Positions 10,715 to 21,086 of a stretch of 64,000 nt of DNA are shown here, piece after piece. The notes beneath the pieces are model-generated. The model did not search any database. It saw only the letters and a program-made list of their open reading frames with translations, and was not told the DNA's origin. Both the position numbers and the translations under genes were made by a program. Positions within the stretch are counted from its first letter, which is position 1, and each line of letters starts with the position of its first letter. Source of the stretch: Promethearchaeota archaeon (GTDB lineage Archaea > Asgardarchaeota > Lokiarchaeia > Sigyniarchaeales > SOKP01); contig JAHPZE010000005.1 of the NCBI GenBank assembly GCA_019058365.1, positions 1-64,000 of the forward strand, given 5' to 3'.

Positions 10715-11980
10715 TTATCTCTTAATTGCTTTATTTATTAATTCTGAGAGATCATAGGTTTTAATGCTCTCATTTTTAATATTTGTTTTGAATTGGTTTA
10801 AACAGAAGGGACAGCAAGATACAATTGCTTCAGCATTTGTCTCTTTAGCCTCTTCAATTCTCTCATTCGCAGCAAAACTAGATAAATCTTTAAAAGCTGA
10901 TCTCACACCTCCCCCAGAACCACAACACCAAGCATTTTGTCTATTTCTCGGCATTTCAACTAATTCGATTCCAGGAATCTTCTTTAAAACTTCTCTTGGA
11001 GGTTCATAGATTCCCATGTGGCGACCAATATGACAAGGATCGTGGTATGTTATTTTCATGTTTAAATTATTATTGAATTTAACTTCATTATTATTTAATT
11101 TCTCTGATATAAACTCAGGTAAATGAAGTATCTCAATACCATGCTCAAGCTCGAATTTCTTAGGATAAGTTTCTTTTAACATTCGATAACAACCAGCACA
11201 GGAGGTTATAATTTTTTCAATCCCTTCATTTTTAAAAATATCAACATTAGCCTTAGCAATCTGCTTTGCTTTTTCAGTTTGCCCTGTCATATATACAGGA
11301 GATCCACAGCAATGTTCATCTTTAAGTATTTTAAAATCAATTTGTAGGGAATTCAATATTTCTGCTGTATTAATTGCGATATTTTGTTCTCTATAACTAG
11401 TCGTACATCCGACAAAATATGCTAATTTTGCATCTTGAGATTGTTTTATATGAGAAGGTAACCAGTTTGTTCTATCTTTATGCTTTTCCATATAAGGATT
11501 GTATTCTAAAGCAACATGTTCAGAATACTTTTTTTGCTCTGGCATTGGTCCTAAACCTTTTTGAACAGCCTTTTCTCTCATTGCCATTAACCATTCTCCG
11601 GCATAATAGTGGATTTCAGGGATTTGACACTGTTGTGTACATGCTAAGCAAACAGAACATTGGTAAAATATATTTGTTAAATTTTCTGTCCAATCTAAGC
11701 GATTTGAATTAACTGCCCAAGAAAGTAGGTTTTTTCCTCCTAAATAATAAGCTTCAAACTTTCCAAATTCTCCAGAAGGACAAACTCGAAACCAATCCTC
11801 TTCCTGATATCCAGTTCGGCATGTACCGCATTTTCCACATTGATATAAGATGTCTTTATAATAATCTAAATTTTTATGTCTATCAAGTTTTTGTTGATCT
11901 GGAACTGTTTTAATACGAGTTATACCCTTGCCATCAACAAATTTTGTCTTTTCTCGTTTTACCATTTCATTCATCTCCAA
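10715..11980 (-). CDS. HdrD/GlpC-like Fe-S oxidoreductase (ferredoxin plus two CCG domains)
   Basis: CGKCGTC, CSVCLACTQQC, YFVGC, EHCCG, SCAGC, YHDPC, WCCG and CCPFC. Confidence 0.9.
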   Translation of the reverse strand: MEMNEMVKREKTKFVDGKGITRIKTVPDQQKLDRHKNLDYYKDILYQCGKCGTCRTGYQEEDWFRVCPSGEFGKFEAYYLGGKNLLSWAVNSNRLDWTENLTNIFYQCSVCLACTQQCQIPEIHYYAGEWLMAMREKAVQKGLGPMPEQKKYSEHVALEYNPYMEKHKDRTNWLPSHIKQSQDAKLAYFVGCTTSYREQNIAINTAEILNSLQIDFKILKDEHCCGSPVYMTGQTEKAKQIAKANVDIFKNEGIEKIITSCAGCYRMLKETYPKKFELEHGIEILHLPEFISEKLNNNEVKFNNNLNMKITYHDPCHIGRHMGIYEPPREVLKKIPGIELVEMPRNRQNAWCCGSGGGVRSAFKDLSSFAANERIEEAKETNAEAIVSCCPFCLNQFKTNIKNESIKTYDLSELINKAIKR

Positions 11981-13442
11981 TACCCTGTCCAGGATTCATT
12001 ATATTATTTGGATCTAGAAACCTTTTGATTTTATCAATCAGATTGGTTGTTTCTGGTAAAGTTTTATCTTTATAGTGTTGAACTACCCATTTTGGAGGTT
12101 TATACATAATGGTACCTTCAAGTTGTTGGACAGCATCATGAATTTCTTTTAAAATTTGCCTTGTATTTTTAATATCTTCTGGATCATTTTTATTGAAATT
12201 CACGTTTGTTCTTGTAACACAATAATGCCCTCCAAACATAATTCTACAATAATATTGTGGTGATTTTCCGTATTTAAGACATATTTCTCTTGAAAGATTG
12301 TAATATTTGATAATATTACGTGTTGTATTATAACATCCAATCCACTCTCCTCCACCACCTCTGGCAAAATTCCAACACCCCCAAAATTGTATTGGGAGTT
12401 GTCCTCCCGTAGCTGGAAAGATATGACCTAAAACCCCTCTCATCTGTTCGGGAAAATTTCTTGTTTGAACATCAGCAGTTAATGGTTCAATATTATGTTC
12501 CCGACAAATATTTTTAATAGCATTACATTGGGCTTCATGTTGTTCTTCCGTGTAGGCCTCAGTTGTAATTAAACCAATAAAATCAGGTAGTCCAAGCGAT
12601 ACAGGATCTATTGCAACACTCTTTTGATCAAAACATTGAAGAGATTGTGCCCATCCCAAATTTGTCATCAATAGATCAACAATTCCTAGACCTGCTTTTG
12701 ATAATTTAAGCAACATTGGAACTCCATCCTCAACTCTATTTGCAAATGGAAGAAAATCAGTTCGATATGGGAGTTTTGGCCAAATTTTTATTGCTGCTTT
12801 TGTTACAATTCCAGTAGTGCCTTCCCATCCTATAAATAATCCTGAGATATCTGGTAAGGGTTGTCTACCATACCAATAATCAGTAAGACTACATGAACCG
12901 GCTCTTATTAATTCTCCAGTTGGTAAAACTACCTCTAAACCATTAGTAAATTCTGCTCCTGTCCCTCCTATCATACCAAGATCCCACATTCCATAAGCTA
13001 AACATGATGGGACTACTCCTGTACCTGGGGGAGAAAAAGTTACTCCTGTCCTAAAACCGGGATGATGCTTATTAAGATATCCTACGAAATCAGCCCAAGT
13101 AATACCTCCCTCAACAACAGCATACATATCATCTTCATTTACCTCAAGTACTCGATTCATACGCCGTAAATCTACAACAATACCTCCTTTTCGAGGCGTA
13201 GCAATAGAGCCAAAATTTATCCCTGATACCCAAGGAACAATTGGAATCTTATATTTGTTTGCAATCTTTACAATTTCTTGAACTTCCTCAGCTGTTTCAG
13301 GCATAATGGCAATATCACATTTTCCCTCTGGTTCTGCTGTAATGAAATCATAATGATATAAAAATTGTATCTCAGGTTCTTCAGATACATATCGATCTCC
13401 TACAATATTTCCCAATTCTGCTACAATATCGCTATTATTCAT
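11967..13442 (-). CDS. FAD-binding oxidoreductase, VAO/GlcD family
   Basis: P.TAEEVQEIVKIAN, VDLRRMNRV, GLEVVLPTG, GWEGTTGIVT and LDPNNIMNPG. Confidence 0.9.
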   Translation of the reverse strand: MNNSDIVAELGNIVGDRYVSEEPEIQFLYHYDFITAEPEGKCDIAIMPETAEEVQEIVKIANKYKIPIVPWVSGINFGSIATPRKGGIVVDLRRMNRVLEVNEDDMYAVVEGGITWADFVGYLNKHHPGFRTGVTFSPPGTGVVPSCLAYGMWDLGMIGGTGAEFTNGLEVVLPTGELIRAGSCSLTDYWYGRQPLPDISGLFIGWEGTTGIVTKAAIKIWPKLPYRTDFLPFANRVEDGVPMLLKLSKAGLGIVDLLMTNLGWAQSLQCFDQKSVAIDPVSLGLPDFIGLITTEAYTEEQHEAQCNAIKNICREHNIEPLTADVQTRNFPEQMRGVLGHIFPATGGQLPIQFWGCWNFARGGGGEWIGCYNTTRNIIKYYNLSREICLKYGKSPQYYCRIMFGGHYCVTRTNVNFNKNDPEDIKNTRQILKEIHDAVQQLEGTIMYKPPKWVVQHYKDKTLPETTNLIDKIKRFLDPNNIMNPGQGIGDE

Positions 13443-13560
13443 TTTATAAATGACCTTTTAAGCCTTGTAATTTAAATTTATAATATTTAAAGATATTGAA
13501 TTAATGATATTAAAGCATTTTTGTATAGCAGTTGAAAGTTTAAGATTGATATAATAAGTT

Positions 13561-14850
13561 TCACATCAGAGTTTGAGCAAACATCTTAATTTTCTCTCTT
13601 ATAATTTTTTCAGAAGCAAATCGGGCGTCACCTACATCCACATCAATTAGGAGCATGGGTATGCCAACTTCGTCGCGCAATGCTTCTCTTAAAATCTGAG
13701 GAACGCTTCCAAATTGTTTGCACCCTATATGTGATGTAAAGATAAAGCAATCAGCTGAATAATCTTTTGCTAGTTGGACACATTGATCAATAAAAGAGTA
13801 ATAAAATTCCGCAGATTGTTTTACCATGGGAGCTTCCATTGCCTTTTTTGCCATTCCATAAAGCATAGTATCTAAATCTGATTTAGTATTAATTGGTTCA
13901 GCAAAATTATAATTAAAAATATCAAATAGAATTGACATTCCTAGATGGCGATCCAGCCATTCTCCAAGTTCTAAATCAAAGAAGATAATCATATATGGCC
14001 AAATACTCCTAACTTTTTCCTCTCCACCATGATGTTCATTATTTTTATATCGTGTTTTTGCAATTTCTAGCATGTCATTATAATAATTTACATTTTCAGC
14101 ACGTCCCGAAAAATAAATTGCTGCTGCTGCTGACATTGCGTTAAACATATTTTCTACGGGACAAGGTTTTGCTTTTTTTAATTCAAAAATTTCTAATTTC
14201 ATTTTAGATACTTGATTTTCGGTTTCAATAGCTTTTCGTAATTTTTCATAATCAGGTTCTTGATTGATTATTTTACCTAACTGTTCTATCCCTATTTTAA
14301 TTTGCTCCCCATGGTAGTAATAACTCTTTTCCTCTTTCAAAAAAGGTAAATCTGGTGCAATCACTGGAATTTTTTTATAATAAGAAAAAAATGGATATGA
14401 TGCATAGGTATTATCGCATGGAGCTGTTGGAGTTATAATAGCATCGAATTTGAATAGATCATCCAATGCCATCCCCATTGTACCTTTCTGAGAGGTACAA
14501 GTGTGAAATGGGTGACCCCAATTAGTAATTAAATCATAATATGGTTCAGAGCCGTGCGGTAATAATGCTGCTAATAAATAGGAAACAGCTTCTATACATA
14601 CAGGCACACATTCGAAGCATGAGAGATATTCCGTAGGGAAAGAGAAATGATGGCCAATTATGGGTAAACCTTCTCTTGCTTTTTGAATATATTCTTCCAT
14701 TACTGATTTTAAAAGTTTTAATCCAATTCTTAATGAAGGGATTCCATGATCTGGGAGCACTCCTTCAATTAATCCATAAGTAGACGTGACTGCTTCATAT
14801 AACATTTTATATGGAATAATTCTGTTTTCCAATTCTGCTTTGTCTGCCAA
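13561..14850 (-). CDS. 2-hydroxyacyl-CoA dehydratase / class I benzoyl-CoA reductase-like subunit (HgdA/BcrB type)
   Basis: HTCTSQKG, APCD, HIGCK and GIPMLLIDVDVGDAR. Confidence 0.8.
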   Translation of the reverse strand: MADKAELENRIIPYKMLYEAVTSTYGLIEGVLPDHGIPSLRIGLKLLKSVMEEYIQKAREGLPIIGHHFSFPTEYLSCFECVPVCIEAVSYLLAALLPHGSEPYYDLITNWGHPFHTCTSQKGTMGMALDDLFKFDAIITPTAPCDNTYASYPFFSYYKKIPVIAPDLPFLKEEKSYYYHGEQIKIGIEQLGKIINQEPDYEKLRKAIETENQVSKMKLEIFELKKAKPCPVENMFNAMSAAAAIYFSGRAENVNYYNDMLEIAKTRYKNNEHHGGEEKVRSIWPYMIIFFDLELGEWLDRHLGMSILFDIFNYNFAEPINTKSDLDTMLYGMAKKAMEAPMVKQSAEFYYSFIDQCVQLAKDYSADCFIFTSHIGCKQFGSVPQILREALRDEVGIPMLLIDVDVGDARFASEKIIREKIKMFAQTLM

Positions 14851-14889
14851 ACTTTTTCTCCTAAATTTTATTTATCATTCTTTTGAATT

Positions 14890-15030
14890 TTAAGATAACG
14901 TTTGGGTAAACATGCTAATTTTTTCTTTAAATGATTTTAAAGATGTCATTCTTGCATCTCCCGCATCAAATTCAATCAATAACATTCTATAGGGAATTAT
15001 TCGATTAAGATTTTTCCTTTTGTTAATTAT
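14890..15030 (-). pseudogene. Internally deleted paralog of the neighbouring HgdA-like gene (N- and C-termini fused)
   Basis: Reads (I)INKRKNLNRIIPYRML-LIEFDAGDARMTSLKSFKEKISMFTQTLS*. This matches the neighbour's NRIIPYKML start and MLLIDVDVGDAR..EKIKMFAQTLM end. The start codon is ATA, after GGTGGT. Confidence 0.85.
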
Positions 15031-15054
15031 TTATACCACCATATTCCAAAGATA

Positions 15055-16221
15055 TTAAATCATTTCTAAGAATGCTTCTATGTGTGTTTGCAGACGAGTA
15101 GTATCTGCCTGATAAAATTCTCTATCCATGTTGAGAACAGGGATATCGAGATCTTTTAATTCGTGTGTGAAGAGCATATTATCACATCCATGCAAATCGC
15201 AATTATTTATTCTTTGTAGAATAACGCCTTCAATATTAGCCCTTTTTATCTCTTCTTTTACAAAATCAAGTCTTCTTTGATGGTCATCCATCATTCTAGG
15301 ACATGACAATCTGTAATATAATCGTTTGGTAATTCTTTCTAATGGGAATTTTTTAGTTTCAAATTCAACATCATCCATAAAATTTCGAGTTCCAAAACAT
15401 AATACATCAGATGCTAAAAATCCACCCGAATTTTCTATTAATTCTGTAAATTCAATATTATCTACTACACTACCTACTAAAAGTATTCTTTTTTTATTAC
15501 TAATATCAATATCTTCACGTTTGGTAAGTAGATTCTTAATTCTCTTTAATTCTTCGTTAGCAATATCTTTAGGAATTGAAGAATTTGCCATATTTATTTG
15601 TAATGCTTCACTACCTGTAAGCTTAGGATTATTCTGAATTCTTAACTTATGTATTTCTCTGAGAAGTTTTCTGTTTTCATTGTATATCTCTATTGATCTT
15701 GTTAATTTTTCATTTGTAATTTCATTTAATTTAAAATTTTGCTCCAACTCTTCTTTAAGCTCTTCTACTTCTTTTTTGTACCATTCAAATCCCTCATCAG
15801 TGATAATATGAGGTAATGCTAAATAAAATCTTTGGACTTTCTTCTTAAAATTCTCTCGATTAAATACTTTAAGATCAAATAGTTCAAACATTCTCCGACT
15901 ATGATCACAGCTATTACAAACCAAAAATCCATCTAAAAAATCATAAATACCCCTTAAAGCCATATCCAATGTTGCTCTAACAAAAGAACATGTAAATCTA
16001 ACCATATATATGTCTCCTAGATCAGTGTCCTTGTTTCCAGTTGCCCTAATTCTAAATGGTAATAAATCTGCCGCATAGAGTAATTCTTCTGGTATATAAG
16101 TGCAATAAAAACCTACTACTTTTTTACCTTTTTTTTGCCAGTCATCAATATAAGAATTTTTTATAGATTTGGAGATTAATAAAAAAGGATCATTATTTAA
16201 ACTCATAAAAGAAAACCTCAT
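15055..16221 (-). CDS. 2-hydroxyacyl-CoA dehydratase / BcrC-BadD-HgdB family subunit
   Basis: VGFYCTYIPEEL, FTCSFVR, NSCDHSRR, CFGTR, SCPRM, NCDLH and RLQTHIEAFLEM. Start may be at 16206. Confidence 0.9.
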   Translation of the reverse strand: MRFSFMSLNNDPFLLISKSIKNSYIDDWQKKGKKVVGFYCTYIPEELLYAADLLPFRIRATGNKDTDLGDIYMVRFTCSFVRATLDMALRGIYDFLDGFLVCNSCDHSRRMFELFDLKVFNRENFKKKVQRFYLALPHIITDEGFEWYKKEVEELKEELEQNFKLNEITNEKLTRSIEIYNENRKLLREIHKLRIQNNPKLTGSEALQINMANSSIPKDIANEELKRIKNLLTKREDIDISNKKRILLVGSVVDNIEFTELIENSGGFLASDVLCFGTRNFMDDVEFETKKFPLERITKRLYYRLSCPRMMDDHQRRLDFVKEEIKRANIEGVILQRINNCDLHGCDNMLFTHELKDLDIPVLNMDREFYQADTTRLQTHIEAFLEMI

Positions 16222-16706
16222 TTACTCATTTTATACATTTCATGCTTACCTATCATTAAACACCTTACCAATCTAATCGCAGCAATATAGGATCCTTTTA
16301 TTTTAGCTTTTCCTGGAATGATGTATTTTAAAAGCTTTGCTAAACCAAAAATATTGCTCTTAGAACGAATTATACTACTTATCACAGGAATAATTTTCTC
16401 TTCTTTAACATTTATAATAATTCTTGCGACAGGATCTATAGCTTTCTCTGCGTGACAATTAAAATTATTCCGATCTGTTGTGAGAATAAAGGTAATGTAT
16501 CCATCTAATTCTTTAAGGTACAATTCAATTTCTCTACCTTTATGCTTTCCTACTTTCTTAAAGGGCTCGTCTTGACCATATAAATCAACCAACATTTTAG
16601 CTAATCTGGCAATATTGAGAATCTTCGTATTTCTAATTAAATTCTCGGCTCTAATATTTATATCAGATTTTTTTGAGGTTTTGGTTTGATTTATAGCTGC
16701 CACCAA
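16218..16706 (-). CDS. Putative SCP2 (sterol-carrier)-like lipid-binding protein
   Basis: Size and GKAKIKGS.IAA..L C-terminal pattern typical of SCP2 domains. Confidence 0.5.
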   Translation of the reverse strand: MVAAINQTKTSKKSDINIRAENLIRNTKILNIARLAKMLVDLYGQDEPFKKVGKHKGREIELYLKELDGYITFILTTDRNNFNCHAEKAIDPVARIIINVKEEKIIPVISSIIRSKSNIFGLAKLLKYIIPGKAKIKGSYIAAIRLVRCLMIGKHEMYKMSK

Positions 16707-16788
16707 TTATGTGAGATTACAGTTATTATATTTTGAATTTTTAAGTATATAAAGATTTTATTCTCAAATCTTTTTTCTAATATTGGAC

Positions 16789-17157
16789 TTAAGGTTCCTC
16801 AAAAGGTTCAAAACTTCTACAAATAGATTCCTTTTTTAAATATTTATTCTTAATTTGACAATGAAATATCTCCTCATTATAATAAACACAGTTACAACAG
16901 GAATAAAGATGATTTTTCAGCTTTTTAGTTATATCCTTTAATTTTTCAGGATAAATTCCTTTACTTAATATGGTATTGAGTTTATCTTGTGGTGTTCCCG
17001 TCAATTTACAAAAGATGATCTTTGGGAAGGGAGGTTTCCATATATCAATCAAAGAGGTACCATCTACATTCTCAGTAGGAGAATTTTGATTATTATATCC
17101 ACATTTACAAGATCTTTTCCTTAAAATGCTTCCACACTCAGGACAGAATTCTACCAA
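16789..17157 (-). CDS. Cys-rich zinc-binding protein (RpoM/TFS-like N-terminal ribbon plus second Cys cluster)
   Basis: MVEFCPECGS...CKCG and CCNC....C....C. Confidence 0.65.
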   Translation of the reverse strand: MVEFCPECGSILRKRSCKCGYNNQNSPTENVDGTSLIDIWKPPFPKIIFCKLTGTPQDKLNTILSKGIYPEKLKDITKKLKNHLYSCCNCVYYNEEIFHCQIKNKYLKKESICRSFEPFEEP

Positions 17158-17376
17158 TATTCTATTATCACCTATTGTTGTATATAATAGGGTATAATTA
17201 ATTAAAAAGTCTCTAATTTTATAATTAAATTAAATTTAGCTATTTGTTCTCATAACTCATGATATGAAATTACATTATTGTTATGGCTTTAAACTATTTA
17301 GATAATCTTCTCAAATTTATTAATTAATTCTTTATTCTCCTAATTAATAATTATAATGAAATAATGGAGAGAGTTA

Positions 17377-17983
17377 GTGAGCATTTATAAAGAGGATATA
17401 GATGAGGCCAAAGAGCGTTTAAAGGCATGGTGGGATCATGAAATAATTGATCGCCCTTATATAGCTTATTATCTCCTTTCAGATTCAAAAAATATAGAGA
17501 TGGAGTATCTTTTTGAGTATTTTGGGATGCCAAGGTATTTAGCTCAAAATTGGGATAAATTTGATAAATTCTTATCTATAGTTGAAGAAATTTTGGGAAA
17601 TTTATCATTTAGATGGTCCAGGCCAAATTATACATTTAGATGAATAATTAAAAGAACCTTCAAACACTGGAATACAATGGGTTCCAGGAGCAGGAGATGA
17701 GCTATCTAATAATGAAAAATGATTCCCGTTATATAAAAAAATACAAGCAGCAGGGAAGAATCTTGTAATAGATAACACTGGAGAAACACCTAACTATGCT
17801 ACTCATCTCTATAAAAATTTGGATCATAAAGGTTTAATTATGAATATGATATTTTCTCGGAAATTAGATGTTATATATTATTTACCAAATTTTATGGGAG
17901 GTAATGGAGCAGAGGGTGATTATAAAACCTTCAAAAAGAATTATAGAAAAGAATTGAGAAAGAAAGACCAAACAAAAAAATGA
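17377..17983 (+). pseudogene. Degraded UROD/methyltransferase-like (corrinoid-associated) gene with internal deletion, frameshift and stops
   Basis: N-terminus AWWDHEIIDRP is followed in another frame by YHLDGPGQIIHLDE*LKEP..GIQWVPGAG...EK*FPLYKKIQAAGKNL, ending at TGA 17981-17983. Confidence 0.75.
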
Positions 17984-18144
17984 AGATTAATATTTTTATA
18001 ACAACTAAGAAGATACTCACTCTCTGTACTAGGATTGTTTATAATACTTAATAGTTCTAACAACTTCTTCTTTGTTTTCATAGGGAAATAGTTGAAATTT
18101 TTCAATATTGTAAATCAAACAAAGATCATCTCTAAATATTTATT

Positions 18145-19032
18145 TTATAAGTTTAGAACTTTAATTTGAGGAGCATGATGTTTAATGTATTTAATCGAAT
18201 CAATAATTTCATTTCTGGGTAATTCAAAAACAATAGGTCCTTTAAAATCCCTTTGGTATATAAGATTTAAGAACCCAGGTGGAAATTTCTTACCCTTACC
18301 TAAAGCTCCATGATCGGCATATATATTGTCATCAACATAATCTTGAAGATGAATTTCGCCTGTTATATCTAAATATTTTTCTGTAATCTCTAACAAATCA
18401 AAATTTCCTGAAAATCCTCCCAAAATATGAGCTGTATCAATACATAATTTTGTTTTTAATTTCTTGACCATTTTAATAGTTTCTTGAAGAGGATACTCAA
18501 TATTCTCAATTGCTAATCTATTTCGGTTAATCCCTGTCTTTTTAATAATTTTTTTTATACTTTGAATTGCAGTATCAGTAAAAATATTTGTAACAATTGG
18601 GACAATTTTTGGATCTCTAATGAAACTCATTGCATCCTTGATGAATTCTCCGGTTGGATGGATTATATACATTTCAATATCATCTTTTAATTGAATAAAA
18701 GATTGATAAGCATTAATTATAGATTTAATACTTGCTTCTTGTATGAATTTATTCGGGCTCGCAAGCTCAATACTTAAAATAGGAAAATGTATTGAGTAAG
18801 ATATATTATACTGTTGCTTGATTCTTTTTAACCCATCAATATCTTCATCGCTTATTTGAATAGGTAAAATTTGAAAAACATCACTTGTAATTTCAAAATG
18901 TTTAAAACCCTCTCTAGCCATTTCTTCAATAACTTCTGAGAGACGAAATTTTGATAATCCTTCTATACCATACTCTTTTGCAACTCTATTTAACATGAAT
19001 TCAAATGATAATGGGGCAATACCAAATTTCAT
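18145..19032 (-). CDS. AP endonuclease 2 / sugar phosphate isomerase TIM-barrel metalloenzyme (possibly CbiR-like)
   Basis: SIHFP, IIHP, AIENI, CIDTAH, IHLQD, DH.ALG and VFEL metal ligands. Confidence 0.75.
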   Translation of the reverse strand: MKFGIAPLSFEFMLNRVAKEYGIEGLSKFRLSEVIEEMAREGFKHFEITSDVFQILPIQISDEDIDGLKRIKQQYNISYSIHFPILSIELASPNKFIQEASIKSIINAYQSFIQLKDDIEMYIIHPTGEFIKDAMSFIRDPKIVPIVTNIFTDTAIQSIKKIIKKTGINRNRLAIENIEYPLQETIKMVKKLKTKLCIDTAHILGGFSGNFDLLEITEKYLDITGEIHLQDYVDDNIYADHGALGKGKKFPPGFLNLIYQRDFKGPIVFELPRNEIIDSIKYIKHHAPQIKVLNL

Positions 19033-19274
19033 AGGTCTTAGTATAAATTATAGTTCTATAATATGATATAAATTAGTAAAATGAATTTGCTTAATAAAAT
19101 TTAATTTAGGTATTAAATACAGTTGGAATAAATTTTATTTTTGATTTATAATATTTTAATTGCACCTCAGGATAATATTAAGGCATTAAAGCATGCAATG
19201 GATAAAAATCGTTAATATTCTATAAATTTAAATTAAATAACTACAAATAAAAAAAAAGAAATAAAAAATTGTTT

Positions 19275-19526
19275 TTAAGGTAAAAATTGAGAGAGAATAA
19301 TAATTGCTGGATTTAAAATCGAGCATTGATCGCCCTCCCAGAGTCTACCTTTAGATGCTTCGATTCTAAAACTACTTAGAGTGTCAATGGGAAATTCTAT
19401 TCGTCCTTTTTTTCTACTCCCAATAAAAAATGTTTTCTTATATATTCCGCACTCTGTTAGTTCAAATATTTGCAGAGAATGTTCAGATCCATCCTTTAAG
19501 GTAATTATTATATGCATTTGATTCAA
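19275..19526 (-). CDS. 83-aa hypothetical beta-rich protein (tandem paralog 1)
   Basis: Clear similarity to 19591-19842 (IxLKDGxxH, GRxExPxDxxxxFxxEA). Confidence 0.75.
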   Translation of the reverse strand: MNQMHIIITLKDGSEHSLQIFELTECGIYKKTFFIGSRKKGRIEFPIDTLSSFRIEASKGRLWEGDQCSILNPAIIILSQFLP

Positions 19527-19590
19527 CCTTCCTGATTTTAAACTCTATTTTATTTTTATATATGTGTTAATATTATTTGTATTGAAAAAG

Positions 19591-19842
19591 TCATCTCAAG
19601 TGTTTAGAAAGAATTCCAACTGCTGTAATTAAATGTGTCTGAGTGCTCTCCTGAAGAATATAAGTACGTTTGGCTTCAAGCTTAAAACCGTCAATAGAAT
19701 CAAGAGGAATTTCAAGACGACCTTCTTTGCTGCTTTCAATAAAAAAATTATTCCCGTTAATACCAGATTCTTGTAATCTATCAATTAGCATTTTATGTTG
19801 AGTCCCATCTTTTAAGAAAATAATTAAATCCAATGAGTTCAC
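19591..19842 (-). CDS. 83-aa hypothetical beta-rich protein (tandem paralog 2)
   Basis: Paralog of 19275-19526, same length. Confidence 0.75.
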   Translation of the reverse strand: MNSLDLIIFLKDGTQHKMLIDRLQESGINGNNFFIESSKEGRLEIPLDSIDGFKLEAKRTYILQESTQTHLITAVGILSKHLR

Positions 19843-20038
19843 CCTTTTTAGATTTCAATTATGAATATTAATAATTTAATTCTTATACTATAAAAATCTT
19901 CAACTATTTTGAGTATTTTGTTTTGTTTATCTATAATGGTCCTTTATGATTTTTAAATTGTTTCAAGCTAAGGTTTGAATTCATTTTATAAATCAATTTA
20001 ACCAATAAAAAAATATTGGAATATTAAAATAAAAAAAG

Positions 20039-21016
20039 TTAATTTTTCTTTTTAATTTCAAAATTTAATTCTTCAAATTTGTTATGAATTGTTTGGTAGA
20101 TTTTAAATTTACCATCATCTACAGCGTGATTTACAATATCCTTAATCTCGTTTTCATTGATAAAACTTTCTGAAATCAGTTTTTCAATTTTTGAATAAAT
20201 TAATTCCTTAATCTTATAAGTAAATCTGTTCTTTTTTTTCTCATTTATTGCTTCTGAAAGTTCAAGATGTTCCTTATGATCCCATAAATTTTGAATAAGT
20301 TCCTCAACACCTTCCCCTGAAATTGCATCAGTCATAGAAACTGGGGGTCTCCACCCACTATGAAATACAGTATCATCAAGCATCATTTCAATTTGAACCG
20401 CGATATCTTCTCCACCTAAATCTTTTTTATTTATATTATACATGTCACCAATCTCAATGATACCGGCTTTTTGCATTTGAATTGCATCACCATATCCAGG
20501 GACTAAAACTACTACGACAGAATACGCAAGATTGTAAATGTCGAATTCAGCTTGTCCAACCCCAACAGTTTCAATAATGATTACATCCATTCCATATGCT
20601 TCATATAATAAACTAATATCAAACACTGCCCTTGAGATACCTCCTTTATACCCTCTTGAGGCAAGACTTCGTAGAAATATATTTGGATGTAATGATATAT
20701 CTGTCATACGAACTCTATCTCCTAAAAAAGCACCCCCACTAAAGGGAGATGTAGGATCTACGCAAATAATACCAACTGACTTTCCTTCTTCTAATAATTT
20801 TTTAGAGATTTGACCTGTTAGTGTACTTTTTCCAACACCAGGAGACCCAGTAATTCCAATAATATATGAATCATGAGTTATATTCTCAAAATGCTTAAAT
20901 ATCTCATGTGCTTTTTCTGGTTCATTTTCTATTATAGTAATTAACCTTGCTAAAGCGACCTTATCTTTATTCTTAAACTTATTAATCAAAATATCAAGAT
21001 CATATACAGCTTTCAA
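20039..21016 (-). CDS. meaB: MeaB/ArgK G-protein chaperone of B12 acyl-CoA mutase
   Basis: GITGSPGVGKST, VDPTSPFSGGAFLGDRVRM and ETVGVGQ. Confidence 0.95.
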   Translation of the reverse strand: MKAVYDLDILINKFKNKDKVALARLITIIENEPEKAHEIFKHFENITHDSYIIGITGSPGVGKSTLTGQISKKLLEEGKSVGIICVDPTSPFSGGAFLGDRVRMTDISLHPNIFLRSLASRGYKGGISRAVFDISLLYEAYGMDVIIIETVGVGQAEFDIYNLAYSVVVVLVPGYGDAIQMQKAGIIEIGDMYNINKKDLGGEDIAVQIEMMLDDTVFHSGWRPPVSMTDAISGEGVEELIQNLWDHKEHLELSEAINEKKKNRFTYKIKELIYSKIEKLISESFINENEIKDIVNHAVDDGKFKIYQTIHNKFEELNFEIKKKN

Positions 21017-21086
21017 TGAAATACATTCCTCAATGAGAAATAGATGTAAAATTAAAATTTGATATAAAAAATATTACATGTCTTTT

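Noticed and set aside
17641-17983. In-frame TGA as selenocysteine
   Set aside because: The TGA appears to fall at a Trp-like position in a gene that also has a TAA and a deletion, which points to ordinary decay.
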